Source: an uncultured Prevotellaceae bacterium (GTDB taxonomy: Bacteria; Bacteroidota; Bacteroidia; Bacteroidales; Bacteroidaceae). From it: a stretch of 64,000 nt of DNA. Shown here in pieces: positions 1 through 9,668 of the stretch. The notes beneath the pieces were generated by a model, which was given only the letters and a program-made list of their open reading frames with translations, ran no database searches and had not been told where the DNA came from. Positions within the stretch are counted from its first letter, which is position 1. Each line of letters opens with the position of its first letter. The stretch is taken from assembly GCA_902770195.1 (NCBI GenBank), contig CACXSA010000002.1:5867-69866 (forward strand), read 5' to 3'. A program made the position numbers and the translations under genes.

Positions 1-380
1 GACTGTAACTGTTCATGTTCCGCGTAGATATATTCGTTTTCCACATCGGCTGTTGAACAACGGAACTCGTAATCCTCTGCTGCTTCTTCGGTCGTGAAAG
101 TCTGGCGACGGAATTCATCAAACAAACGGTTCTTCAATGAAATAATCAGATAGGAGCCCAGATTGTTAATGCTGTTCTTCTCCCCACGCTTGCTATAGAC
201 CTTCATGAAGACGTCGTGAATGCAGTCCTTCAGTAGCTCTTGGTCTTGCGTGATCTTCATACCATAATTGAATAGCATTTGGATGTAGAGGTCGTACAAT
301 TGAGCAAAGGCACGATCGTTGCCAGCGCAAAACTCACTCACGAGTTCTCGAGTCCTGGCTTTAAGTTGGTTGTTTGCCAT
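1..380 (-). CDS. ECF-type RNA polymerase sigma-70 factor (3' end runs off window)
   Basis: Not in the ORF track. Manual translation from ATG at 380: MANNQLKARTRELVSEFCAGNDRAFAQLYDLYIQMLFNYGMKITQDQELLKDCIHDVFMKVY...LGSYLIISLKNRLFDEFRR, typical of sigma region 2. Frame is open to the window edge. Confidence 0.88.
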   Translation of the reverse strand, partial: MANNQLKARTRELVSEFCAGNDRAFAQLYDLYIQMLFNYGMKITQDQELLKDCIHDVFMKVYSKRGEKNSINNLGSYLIISLKNRLFDEFRRQTFTTEEAAEDYEFRCSTADVENEYIYAEHEQLQ

Positions 381-423
381 GTAATAGTAGTAGATTTGTT
401 TTTAAGTAGTTTGTTTCCAGTTG

Positions 424-431
424 CAAAGGTA
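424..431 (-). promoter_or_regulatory. Bacteroidota -7 promoter element (TACCTTTG) upstream of the ECF sigma gene
   Basis: Matches TAnnTTTG about 45 nt upstream of the ATG. Confidence 0.6.
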
Positions 432-514
432 TGGAAAAAACAAATACTTCGCGAGAAAAAACCGTTAAAAAAATGGGAAAAATCGGTATTTTGTTGATTT
501 TTCCCATTGAAATC

Positions 515-3500
515 TTATTTTTTCTTGAACCAGAAGACGCCTTTATCCTTTAGTTTTACATTATCTTTTATGTTGCCTATCCGTCTTAGTTGGCCTGTCC
601 GCTCGTCTATTTGATATAAAACATAGCTGTCCTTGCTGGGTAAGGAGATGTTTTGTCCACTGTTTTGTGGCAAATAGACCACCATGCCTTCGGTACTTTT
701 CAGCAGACAATAATCTTCCATTCTCTCCGGTTTCATCGAGGAAACGCTGCGTAGGAACACCTCGTCTTTGACGGGTATAGCAGCACAAGAGCCACCTGCC
801 ATCAGGGAAGCCCATCCCAGCTCAGGATATTTCTGGGCAGAATAGATAACGGCTTTCCCGTATTTAGTGCGGTATTCGCTGACAGCTCGATAGACATCCT
901 CAAAGCGGGCACTTCCCGTCCTAATCTTACGCATATACTGTCGCTGGGCCATATTGACACCACCTTCTGGGGCGTATTCCCCTTTGTTATGATAGAACCA
1001 CTGCTCGATATCGATGATGTCAACGACTTTCGACCGGATGGGGTCGTTGAGGATTGCATCCTGTACGTCTTTATTGACGGCTAAATCAATCAGTACTTTT
1101 CCGTTCTCGGCTTCCCATTCGGCAATCACGTCAAGCCAGAACTGCACGAAATGAAGTGGACCTGTAAACTCTTCACCAATAGAATGGATGACGTTGGGCT
1201 GACCCTTAAAGGCATCGAGCGACTGGCGGATATACTGACGATGTAGTTCTCGTAGCTTGGGATTCGTAATGTCATAGAATAAGGTGGCGGTGAAGATACG
1301 CTTGTCACCTGTGAAGTTGACAGGCTCTAAGAATGGTGTCTCATTCACGTTGTTGGCTGTTCGCCAAGGACAATCCACCCAATGAGCACCCGCCTCCAGA
1401 ATGTTATGCTGGAAATAATGCTGGTTCTTCAGTAGCATGCCAATAGATTCGGTCTTTTTTGCAAACTGCTGCAGACGCCAGAAATACCATTTGTTCAGTT
1501 TCGTCAAATCGTATTTAGACATACCGTCCCAAGCCAAAGACCCTTCCAACCTCCCCTGTTTAGGGGCGGCTTCTGGATTTCCCCCTAAGCAGGGGGAGTA
1601 AGAGAGGGTCTTACCTACACGGGCGAAAGGCTGTTCGTAGAAAGGAGCCCATGCGTCACCGTTCTTACGGCGGATGCGTTCATGGTCATCACGACGACGG
1701 TCTGTCCATAAGCCATAGTTCTGACTGAACAGAAGTGTATGGTTGCGTTGCATGTCGGCAATCACACTGTCTATACGGTCTGTGCCACCTGTTCCCTCTT
1801 GTCCTGGTACGAAACGTGTCAAGGCTATCTTTGCCTTTTTCATCGACGCATCTGTGGTACGCCCGTTCCACCAAGGGGTTTGGTGCTTACCACCGACAAG
1901 TACTGCTCCGTCTTTTGTCAGCCAGGCATTTTTGATGGCATAATGGTTGTTAGCGGTTTGACTTGTATAACTGTTTTTGCTGGTGTTACTAACAAAAGCC
2001 TTTGTAGGAGCGATATCCCCATCGAAACGGGCTGAGTCAATCCATTGCTGGAGGGTAAGACGAGGTTTTAGGGCCTCTTCTGCCATACGAACAGCTTCTT
2101 CGATAGTAGGAGATGATGAAGCATTGGTGTTGCGTTCCAATACCCGACATTGTGCTGATACATTTCTCCCTAATCGCTTCTCCAGTTGGGAGGCGAACAG
2201 CGAGTAAGGCTTAACGTGCTCGTTCATCTCGGTATATTCGCCATTACCCATCACCTGTCCCCAACATCCACGGGAATAGTTGCGGTTCAGCGTGTCAGGT
2301 GAATAGCAGAAAAGTCCAGCAGCTGTTGATTGCCACATGGTACTGTTTGCTGTGCCCCATCCGGCACCGAACTTCTCCAACTCCCAATTCTTGAACACGA
2401 TGTCATTGCCATCAATGTTCACTATGTCAAAAAGGATGCCTGGTGCCCATGAGGAGATGGCTCCGCTGGGACCGAACGACTCATAGCTGTCGCATTGCAC
2501 AAAGGCATTAGGACCGGGAGCTGTGTGTCCTACTGCAAAATCGTTGATGCCGTGCTCGGAATAACAGCGTTGGAAGAGAATCTTTTCGCCAAAGGTCAAA
2601 AATGTGCGACGACGTAAACCACCTATCTCTGAGATGGGGTCGAAAGACTGACAATCCTCTATGGTAATTTGTTGAGCCGATTTCTGAATAACTACTGCCG
2701 AGCCAGCAAAATGTCGGAAGTTCACCATGCGTACCCAACAGTTTTCAGCATCAGCGACATAGACACCATCCCAGCAGTGGCTTTCGTCCATCGGTAGGGT
2801 TTTGTCATAGTCTGATTCCAATGAAAGGTTTTCTACACCACTCTCACTGAGTAGTCCTGCCTGTTCATAGACAATGGCTTTTGCACCTCCCCATCGGCTC
2901 TCAATAGTTGATGTGATAGGAGCATCCAGCGTCAGTTCTGTTCCGTTGTTCGCCGTAATCTGTCGATGCCATTGAAGGTCGATATCGCCAGGATGCCATG
3001 CCCAGTAGCCCATCCGCTTGCCACCACCAAACGACAAACAACCAAGTGACTCAATCCACTCAGTAGTGGATGGGCGCCAAATAGTGATACGAGTACCTGG
3101 ATTAAGGGCAGAAGAGCCGTTTTGCACTCCAATTGTGAGAGAGCCGGCTTTGGTGTCGGTAACAGCGAACGTATCCTTCACGATGATATCGTGCGTACCT
3201 TCTATATATATAAGGGCACCACGGTCATATCCTTTCTTAATCAGAATAGTCTTGTCTCGTCCTGAACCACGAAGTATCACGCCACTGGTATGGATGCGTA
3301 AAGGTTCGCTGATTGTAAAGGTTCCTTCGGAGAGCAGTACAGCACCACGCAGTCCTGTCTGTTTGTCAGGCTTTTGTTGGCTTACCCAGTCAATGGCAGC
3401 CTGTAGTGTCTGTGCGTCGTCTTGTCCTGACGGTTGTACATAGGTAGCTACCTTTGCTGAAGGAATGGGCTGTTCTGAACGATGATAGCCACAATACGAG

Positions 3501-3577
3501 TAATCCATCGGCACCTCTTGGGCAACCGATGGAATTACGAATAGTGCGGTAAGAACGACTAATAAGTGTCTTCTCAT
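515..3577 (-). CDS. Secreted pectate-lyase-fold (beta-helix) / DUF6298-like protein
   Basis: 1020 aa with signal peptide. N-terminal DYSYCGY...DDAQTLQAAID...GAVLLSEGTF beta-helix start. Co-oriented with PL1. Confidence 0.7.
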   Translation of the reverse strand: MRRHLLVVLTALFVIPSVAQEVPMDYSYCGYHRSEQPIPSAKVATYVQPSGQDDAQTLQAAIDWVSQQKPDKQTGLRGAVLLSEGTFTISEPLRIHTSGVILRGSGRDKTILIKKGYDRGALIYIEGTHDIIVKDTFAVTDTKAGSLTIGVQNGSSALNPGTRITIWRPSTTEWIESLGCLSFGGGKRMGYWAWHPGDIDLQWHRQITANNGTELTLDAPITSTIESRWGGAKAIVYEQAGLLSESGVENLSLESDYDKTLPMDESHCWDGVYVADAENCWVRMVNFRHFAGSAVVIQKSAQQITIEDCQSFDPISEIGGLRRRTFLTFGEKILFQRCYSEHGINDFAVGHTAPGPNAFVQCDSYESFGPSGAISSWAPGILFDIVNIDGNDIVFKNWELEKFGAGWGTANSTMWQSTAAGLFCYSPDTLNRNYSRGCWGQVMGNGEYTEMNEHVKPYSLFASQLEKRLGRNVSAQCRVLERNTNASSSPTIEEAVRMAEEALKPRLTLQQWIDSARFDGDIAPTKAFVSNTSKNSYTSQTANNHYAIKNAWLTKDGAVLVGGKHQTPWWNGRTTDASMKKAKIALTRFVPGQEGTGGTDRIDSVIADMQRNHTLLFSQNYGLWTDRRRDDHERIRRKNGDAWAPFYEQPFARVGKTLSYSPCLGGNPEAAPKQGRLEGSLAWDGMSKYDLTKLNKWYFWRLQQFAKKTESIGMLLKNQHYFQHNILEAGAHWVDCPWRTANNVNETPFLEPVNFTGDKRIFTATLFYDITNPKLRELHRQYIRQSLDAFKGQPNVIHSIGEEFTGPLHFVQFWLDVIAEWEAENGKVLIDLAVNKDVQDAILNDPIRSKVVDIIDIEQWFYHNKGEYAPEGGVNMAQRQYMRKIRTGSARFEDVYRAVSEYRTKYGKAVIYSAQKYPELGWASLMAGGSCAAIPVKDEVFLRSVSSMKPERMEDYCLLKSTEGMVVYLPQNSGQNISLPSKDSYVLYQIDERTGQLRRIGNIKDNVKLKDKGVFWFKKK
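1537..1612. repeat. Palindromic REP-like element inserted in frame in the CDS
   Basis: AAGACCCT..CTCCCCTGTTTAGGGG ... CCCCCTAAGCAGGGGGAG..AGGGTCTT imperfect inverted repeat; translates as KTLSYSPCLGGNPEAAPKQGRLEGSL. Confidence 0.75.
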
Positions 3578-4191
3578 TTCTTTTGTTTTGTTTTTTGTTC
3601 TTCTATGCGTTTCATCCAGGCATCACGTTCCTTCTTCAGGTCGTAACCACGTGAGGAAAGCCAGTTGTTGGTGCGTCCGCGATACTTGTCGAACCAGAAG
3701 TGCTTGCCTTTTGAGTCGGCAGCATCCATGGCATACTCGCGAGCTTCCTTGAGCCAGATGAGTATCTGCTGTTTCTCAAAGTCCGAGAGCGCAGGTATCA
3801 TGTCCTGTGTGGCCTGATAGTCACGCTTCAGGCGGCCGAACGTCATACCATCCTTGACGGCATCTATCTGCTCTTCGTTTAGGTAGATAGCCAGGGCTGA
3901 AGCCAATTCAAAGTGATGTTTGTATAGCTCGGCCTGTAGGGCATCCTGTTGTGACTTGTCGTATTTCGCATGAATGTCGTTCAGCAGGAAGTAACGGTTG
4001 GCAATGATATTGCATACATTACGAGCCTGTTTCTGGTCAGTAAGCTGAAGCCCGTCAACGATTTTCTGGGCACGCCCTTTGATATTCTCCACATAAGCAG
4101 AGTCGCGCCCTTCGTAGTCGAGCGGTACCAATTGTGCGTTTGCTGTCAGGGTAAGCAGCGATACTATCACTGCAAGCAGTACTTTTTTCAT
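3574..4191 (-). CDS. DUF3826-like periplasmic protein
   Basis: Signal peptide and C-terminal AREYAMDA...KHFWFDKYRGRTNNWLS motif; lies next to a PL1 gene. Confidence 0.7.
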   Translation of the reverse strand: MKKVLLAVIVSLLTLTANAQLVPLDYEGRDSAYVENIKGRAQKIVDGLQLTDQKQARNVCNIIANRYFLLNDIHAKYDKSQQDALQAELYKHHFELASALAIYLNEEQIDAVKDGMTFGRLKRDYQATQDMIPALSDFEKQQILIWLKEAREYAMDAADSKGKHFWFDKYRGRTNNWLSSRGYDLKKERDAWMKRIEEQKTKQKK

Positions 4192-4194
4192 ACC

Positions 4195-5964
4195 TTACAT
4201 CAGTTTTCCCTTGGCAGCCAGCGTGTCATAGTTGTTGTTCAGATTACGCCAGTCTGTCTTGGTGTTGGGATTAATACCGTTGATATATTTCTCGATGTTG
4301 GTATAGCCATCACCATTGCAGTCCTTCACAGCATCCGAAGCATCATTGGGATTCAGACCATACTGCTTCTCCCACTCGTCGGGCATACCGTCACCGTCTG
4401 TATCGACGTAAGGTTCCCAGGCTTTGTACTCCGGATAACCACCCATCTGACGAGGATCGGTGATAATACCCTGCTTATATGAATCCTTGCCCAAACGACG
4501 GTATTTGAAGAATCCTTCATCGTTCTTTGAGTTCTTGTGAAGTCCCCACATGTCGCCGTAGGGGTTCTGAGCCACTTTGGTCTTCTTTTCAATCTTGGCC
4601 ATTTCCTTCTCGTAGTCTTTTACAAAGTAGGCCTGACCAGTGCGAACCTCTTCACAGATGCGCTCGTCAACGATGTCACGGCAGGGAATATTGGCACCGG
4701 CATTGGAGAGAACCCATTCGAAAGCCTGTTCGGCACCCATAATCTTGATGAAAGGCATCTCGAAAGGCTCGTTGGAGCGCATCAATGCCTTCTCCGTAGC
4801 ATCCATATCACCGTCCTTGTCTGCCGTCTGAATACCACCATTCCAGTTGTCCTTTGTAATTTCAGGATAGCCTTCCATGATGTTTCCTACTGCATACACA
4901 CGACCGAACTGCTTGAAGGGGAACAAACCCTGAGAACGGCTTTCTGCTTTTACGATACGATGACCAATGGGCGTATCTTTGGGTGTCAGAGGACCTGGCT
5001 TATAGTAGTTGTTGATGAAATTCGACATAGTGGTAAACTCGCCACCGTCAGCAGTGCGGTGAACCCAGTTATATACCACGTTGTTCACGTAATTGAATAC
5101 GCCACCCCATCCGATAGAGGGGTTACGGCCAGTATTGTCGGCCCATAGGTTGCGCATGAAAGTAGTGTTCTCGCCACCGATAGTCGAACCAAATGCATGG
5201 TTCCATGTGTCAAGTGCTTTGGCAGAAATCGTATTCTGGATGGTCACGTTGACAGTTGGTTCCTTGCGATTGGGCTTGCCATCGTGCATATCGAACATGT
5301 GACGATAAAACGAGATGTTCTCATCGAGACCCCATTCGCAAGAGCAGTGGTCAATCATGATGTTACCCACTGGATTGCCACCAAAGGAATCCTCGCGGTT
5401 GGTGACCAGTGTCTCACCACGACGGAAACGCATGTGGCGCACTATCACGTCGTGAGTATCCACCTGAAACGACTCACCAGCAATAATCACACCATCACCA
5501 GGAGCTGTCTGTCCGGCTATGGTAATATAAGGAGCACGCACATAGATGGGCGACTTCAGGCGGATGATGCCACTGACGTTGAACACGACAATACGTGCAC
5601 CACCCTGTTCGCAGGCCCAACGGAACGATCCAGGACCGTCGTCATTCAGGTTAGTAACGGTATAAACCTTACCACCACGTCCGCCAAAGGTGAACATACC
5701 ACCACCTTCAGCACCAGGGAATGCGGGAATCTTTGCCTGACGCAAATCGTATGGACGAGCAGCCCAGGGCACATAAGGGCGTCCTGCCTTTGCTTCTTCA
5801 ATAACAATCGGGAAAGCTACTTCCCATGCAGAGTCGCTATGAGCTTTCCATTGTTTCTTCTGTTGTTCGATGAGTTGCTTGGCCTCATCAGTCAGTTGGG
5901 GATACTGTGCACTAGCCGACACGCCTATCAAGCCTGCAACAGCCATCATAAATAGTTTCTTCAT
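4195..5964 (-). CDS. Pectate lyase, polysaccharide lyase family 1
   Basis: AFPGAEGGG, GGRGGKVYTVTNLND, TIAGQTAPGDG, IDHCS and GRNP motifs; C-terminal DTDGDGMPDEWE Ca-binding repeat. Confidence 0.9.
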   Translation of the reverse strand: MKKLFMMAVAGLIGVSASAQYPQLTDEAKQLIEQQKKQWKAHSDSAWEVAFPIVIEEAKAGRPYVPWAARPYDLRQAKIPAFPGAEGGGMFTFGGRGGKVYTVTNLNDDGPGSFRWACEQGGARIVVFNVSGIIRLKSPIYVRAPYITIAGQTAPGDGVIIAGESFQVDTHDVIVRHMRFRRGETLVTNREDSFGGNPVGNIMIDHCSCEWGLDENISFYRHMFDMHDGKPNRKEPTVNVTIQNTISAKALDTWNHAFGSTIGGENTTFMRNLWADNTGRNPSIGWGGVFNYVNNVVYNWVHRTADGGEFTTMSNFINNYYKPGPLTPKDTPIGHRIVKAESRSQGLFPFKQFGRVYAVGNIMEGYPEITKDNWNGGIQTADKDGDMDATEKALMRSNEPFEMPFIKIMGAEQAFEWVLSNAGANIPCRDIVDERICEEVRTGQAYFVKDYEKEMAKIEKKTKVAQNPYGDMWGLHKNSKNDEGFFKYRRLGKDSYKQGIITDPRQMGGYPEYKAWEPYVDTDGDGMPDEWEKQYGLNPNDASDAVKDCNGDGYTNIEKYINGINPNTKTDWRNLNNNYDTLAAKGKLM

Positions 5965-5997
5965 CTTGATTAGTTTTTAGACATTAATTTTCAATTT

Positions 5998-6020
5998 AGA
6001 CGATTCAAAAGAGTAAATGT
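5998..6020 (-). promoter_or_regulatory. Candidate ECF-sigma promoter ACATTTA-N11-CGTCT upstream of the PL1 operon
   Basis: Same bipartite motif and spacing as 11215-11237; no TAnnTTTG nearby on this strand. Confidence 0.55.
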
Positions 6021-6151
6021 CTATTCAATAAACGTTTTTTTGCATTGATTTACAATAGGAATAAAAAAATAGTATTCGGTCTTAGGTACTTACGTTCGGA
6101 AATGCTCAAATAAATTTGGCATTTCGCTTACTTATTCGTACCTTTGCAGTC

Positions 6152-8221
6152 ATGAACAGACTTAGCATACTGCTCATAGCACTATTACCACTGACGGCTG
6201 ATGCCCAAGATACCACCACGGTAAAGGGACAACAGTTGCAAGAAGTCATTGTCAATGCCAACAATGCGCAACGCCGAATAGGTTCGGTGCAGATAGGAGC
6301 AGAACAGATACAGATGAAGGAACTTACCTCGGCACCAGCATTGTTTGGCGAGGTGGACGTAATGCGTTCTTTACAGCTATTGCCTGGTGTCAAGGCTGAG
6401 AGTGATGCTTCCAGCAGTTTTCAGGTTCGTGGTGGAACAGCAGCCCAGAACAATATTCTTTATGATGACGCTCCAGTGTATAATGTAGGTCATCTGGCAG
6501 GTCTTTTCTCTACATTCAACGATAATGCCTTGGCTACAGCTACCCTCTACAAGGGACTGGTTCCTGCTCAATTTGGTGGAGCATCTTCAGCCGTCTTAGA
6601 CATTACCAGTCGTACAGGACGAACAGACCGATGGGGTGGAAATGTCAGCATCGGCTTGCTGGCTGCTAAAGGTTCGATAGAAGGTCCTGTCATTAAAGAT
6701 AAGTTGAACTTGCTTTTTAACGTTCGTCGTTCCTATGTTGATCTGTTCTTGAAATTGACAGATAAGTATCGTGACAACTCGCTCTATTTCTTTGATACCA
6801 ATCTGAAGTTAGATTATAAGATGAACGACCGCAACCGTCTGTTCTTCTCATTCTTTGCCAGTCACGACAAGACGGCCCTTACTGATATGGTTGATATGAA
6901 ATGGACTAACCTTGCAGGTAGTCTGTCGTGGGTTCACCAGTTCAGGGGGCATTCTACCTCACAGACTACGTTGTTTGCCTCTTCATACGATACAGACAAT
7001 GGCATCAATATCTTAGGACTTAACATAGCCTATCTGGGTCATATCCGTCATGTAGGACTACGCCAAAACTTCCGTTTGCTCTTTGGCAAGCATGAGTTGA
7101 ATGCGGGTCTCCAGACGATGTTGACGGATGTGAAGTCGGCAGAATGGACCCGTATGTACAACCATGAGAAGGAACAGCGCAAGGCTTGGGACAATAGTGC
7201 TTGGGTGAATTGGCAATATAATCCCATCAAACAGTTCACCTTCTCTGCAGGCGTGCGCCTGTCAGCTGTTTCTGCCTTAGGTGGTCCTTATTATTATGAT
7301 GTGGACGAAAAAGGTAACATTACGTGGTTGTATAAACGAACGAAGAATATGCCCGTAAAGACTCATATCAATATTGAGCCTCGTGTGAGCATGGTCTTTC
7401 AGCCTACAGAACAATGGAGCATCAAAGCAGGATATAGTCGTACATCGCAGAATATCCATGCGTTACGCAGTCAGAGTACCACTACTCCTTTCGACCGTTA
7501 TACCATCAGTACGAACCTGATTAAGCCGGAGGTGGCAGATCAGGTAAGCTTGGGAGTGTTCTATATGACTCCTTTGCAGGATTATGATTTCTCTTTGGAA
7601 GGATATTATCGTCATGTAGATAATGTGCTGGACTATCGTGACGGCATCAGCTTTGCCTCTGCCATTGAGATAGAGCGTCTGGTATTAGCAGGCGAGGGCA
7701 GGGGCTATGGTGCGGAAATCTGTGCCCGTAAGAATAGTGGTAAGCTGACGGGTTGGTTGAGTTATACCTTGTCCTGGTCTCAGACGCGTATTGATGGCAT
7801 CAGCATGGGTCAGTGGTATGATGCCAATAATGATCGTCGCCACGATATTAACATAGTAACTACTTATAAGCTGTCACCCGCCTGGACATTGAATGCCACG
7901 TGGATATTCAACTCTGGACAGGCCTTTACGGCTCCGAGTGCCAAGTATCAGATTATAGATAACTACATCTATTATTATGCAGAACGCAATGGCTATCGTG
8001 CACCAGACTATCACCGTCTGGATGTGAGTGCCACCTGGAGCAAGAAAATCAAGGGAGGCAGACTGACTCGTGAGTGGACTTTTGGTATCTATAATCTGTA
8101 CAATCGCTACAATCCCTATTTGATCCGCTTTGAGGATAGTAAGTATGGTCGTGGCACGAAAGCCAAGCAATACAGCCTTTTTGGCATTGTGCCTTCCGTT
8201 TCGTTCAACTTGAAATTCTAA
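6152..8221 (+). CDS. TonB-dependent outer-membrane receptor (non-SusC)
   Basis: LQEVIV, PALFGEVDVMRSLQLLPGV plug motif and C-terminal F. Start moved to ATG 6152, just after TACCTTTG. Confidence 0.9.
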   Translation: MNRLSILLIALLPLTADAQDTTTVKGQQLQEVIVNANNAQRRIGSVQIGAEQIQMKELTSAPALFGEVDVMRSLQLLPGVKAESDASSSFQVRGGTAAQNNILYDDAPVYNVGHLAGLFSTFNDNALATATLYKGLVPAQFGGASSAVLDITSRTGRTDRWGGNVSIGLLAAKGSIEGPVIKDKLNLLFNVRRSYVDLFLKLTDKYRDNSLYFFDTNLKLDYKMNDRNRLFFSFFASHDKTALTDMVDMKWTNLAGSLSWVHQFRGHSTSQTTLFASSYDTDNGINILGLNIAYLGHIRHVGLRQNFRLLFGKHELNAGLQTMLTDVKSAEWTRMYNHEKEQRKAWDNSAWVNWQYNPIKQFTFSAGVRLSAVSALGGPYYYDVDEKGNITWLYKRTKNMPVKTHINIEPRVSMVFQPTEQWSIKAGYSRTSQNIHALRSQSTTTPFDRYTISTNLIKPEVADQVSLGVFYMTPLQDYDFSLEGYYRHVDNVLDYRDGISFASAIEIERLVLAGEGRGYGAEICARKNSGKLTGWLSYTLSWSQTRIDGISMGQWYDANNDRRHDINIVTTYKLSPAWTLNATWIFNSGQAFTAPSAKYQIIDNYIYYYAERNGYRAPDYHRLDVSATWSKKIKGGRLTREWTFGIYNLYNRYNPYLIRFEDSKYGRGTKAKQYSLFGIVPSVSFNLKF

Positions 8222-8228
8222 GAAAGAG

Positions 8229-9044
8229 ATGAAGAAAAATATAATGTTTCCCTTCTGGTTGTTGTGTGTTTTTACGCTATTTTCTTGCGAGAAGGAAATT
8301 CCAATGGACTATCATCAGGTGGAGCCCCTCTATGTTGCAGAGGCTACGATGACTCAGGATGGCACCAAAGTCCAGGTATCGACTACCCAGAACGTGACGG
8401 ATAATTCAAGAAGTGAACATTACGTTGACAATGCGACAGTTGTCATCAGGAGTAAGAAGGAGGATTATTCTGAGACCTTGAAGTTTATCCGTAATGGTAC
8501 TTATACTTCCTCGTGGAAGGCTCAACCTGGCTACACTTACGATATTGACATCAGCATTGACGGCAAGCATTTCACCTCTTCCTCTACTATGCAGGAGGCT
8601 CCCGTCATGAAGTCTTTCCGTTTTGTTTGGACTAAGATGCTTTCTGAACGGATTCTTTTTGGCGACCTGCATATAGCGGATACGCCTGATAAGAAGAGCT
8701 ACTATTTTATGCACATCTATCGTAATGGGGTGGGCTATCGTTGGGCTGTTATGAATGACGACAAGGATCCTAATGGCGATCTTCAGCAGTTATTCCAATG
8801 CAGTACGGAGAGAAAGATGGATGAGAACGATAACGATGCGTTACATGATGGTGACATGATCCGTCTGGAGATTCGTTCTATCGACAAGCTATCCTACGAC
8901 TATCTCTACTCTATGCAGGTAATGGATAATGCTGGCACCAACCCTATTCCCAACTTTACAGGCGGATGTCTTGGCTATTTCTCAGCCTACTATGTTATCA
9001 ACTACCAGTGCACCTTCTATCGTGATGAGGTAGAAGAGGACTAA
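8229..9044 (+). CDS. DUF4249-like lipoprotein partner of the TonB-dependent receptor
   Basis: Lipobox LFSC-EKEI; C-terminal NPIPNFTGGCLGYFSA motif. Confidence 0.8.
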   Translation: MKKNIMFPFWLLCVFTLFSCEKEIPMDYHQVEPLYVAEATMTQDGTKVQVSTTQNVTDNSRSEHYVDNATVVIRSKKEDYSETLKFIRNGTYTSSWKAQPGYTYDIDISIDGKHFTSSSTMQEAPVMKSFRFVWTKMLSERILFGDLHIADTPDKKSYYFMHIYRNGVGYRWAVMNDDKDPNGDLQQLFQCSTERKMDENDNDALHDGDMIRLEIRSIDKLSYDYLYSMQVMDNAGTNPIPNFTGGCLGYFSAYYVINYQCTFYRDEVEED

Positions 9045-9059
9045 TATCCCCCAGATTCT

Positions 9060-9521
9060 CTAAGGTTGTCTGTCCAGCGTGACGGTAGCCAATAGGCTCG
9101 CGCCATTCATGGAGAAGTTGTATTCAGCAACCACTTGTTTTGTTGAGAGCGAAACAATGCTCCACAGCAATACGCGTTCCTCACCGCCTATGTCACTACT
9201 GACTATGCGGATTAAGGAATTGTTGGCGACATAGGTTCCATGCAGTGCCTTTTCTAAGATTTCCGTATGCCATTCTCCTTTCTCGTCCTGGTAGTGAATC
9301 TCTTCGTCGTAGGTAATGGCGCACGTTCCGTCTTCGTTGAAGATGACCAGTTTGTAGCTAAATTCCAACCCTGGATCCTGATCACCCTCAATGACATAGG
9401 AGAAAGCCCATCTGCCTGGCAGAATCTCATTTACCATTCCGTCGTCACTATCGTCCAGCTTGTCACAACCCGTCAGTAGCAGGCTGCACAACATCAATGT
9501 CCAAATCAGTATCTTATTCAT
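9060..9521 (-). CDS. Lipocalin-like lipoprotein, hypothetical
   Basis: Lipobox LTGC, LPGRW motif and LVIFNEDGT; start taken at MNKILIW. Confidence 0.6.
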   Translation of the reverse strand: MNKILIWTLMLCSLLLTGCDKLDDSDDGMVNEILPGRWAFSYVIEGDQDPGLEFSYKLVIFNEDGTCAITYDEEIHYQDEKGEWHTEILEKALHGTYVANNSLIRIVSSDIGGEERVLLWSIVSLSTKQVVAEYNFSMNGASLLATVTLDRQP

Positions 9522-9587
9522 CGAGGCAAAGGTAACCAAATTTAGTAATACTACCAAATATTTTAGCCCTTTTCGTTTGTTGATAAC

Positions 9588-9624
9588 AAAAAATACAGGC
9601 ACGTCCTTCGTGGGCGCGCCTGTA
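9588..9624 (-). terminator. Intrinsic terminator of the 9669-10808 gene
   Basis: TACAGGCGCGCCC-ACGA-AGGACGTGCCTGTA hairpin followed by a T-run on the minus strand. Confidence 0.7.
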
Positions 9625-9668
9625 CATTATTTATTATAAATGAGAATTAATTATCAGATTTACTCTGT

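Noticed and set aside
279-497. 72-aa plus-strand ORF
   Set aside because: Overlaps the ECF sigma gene and its promoter on the opposite strand
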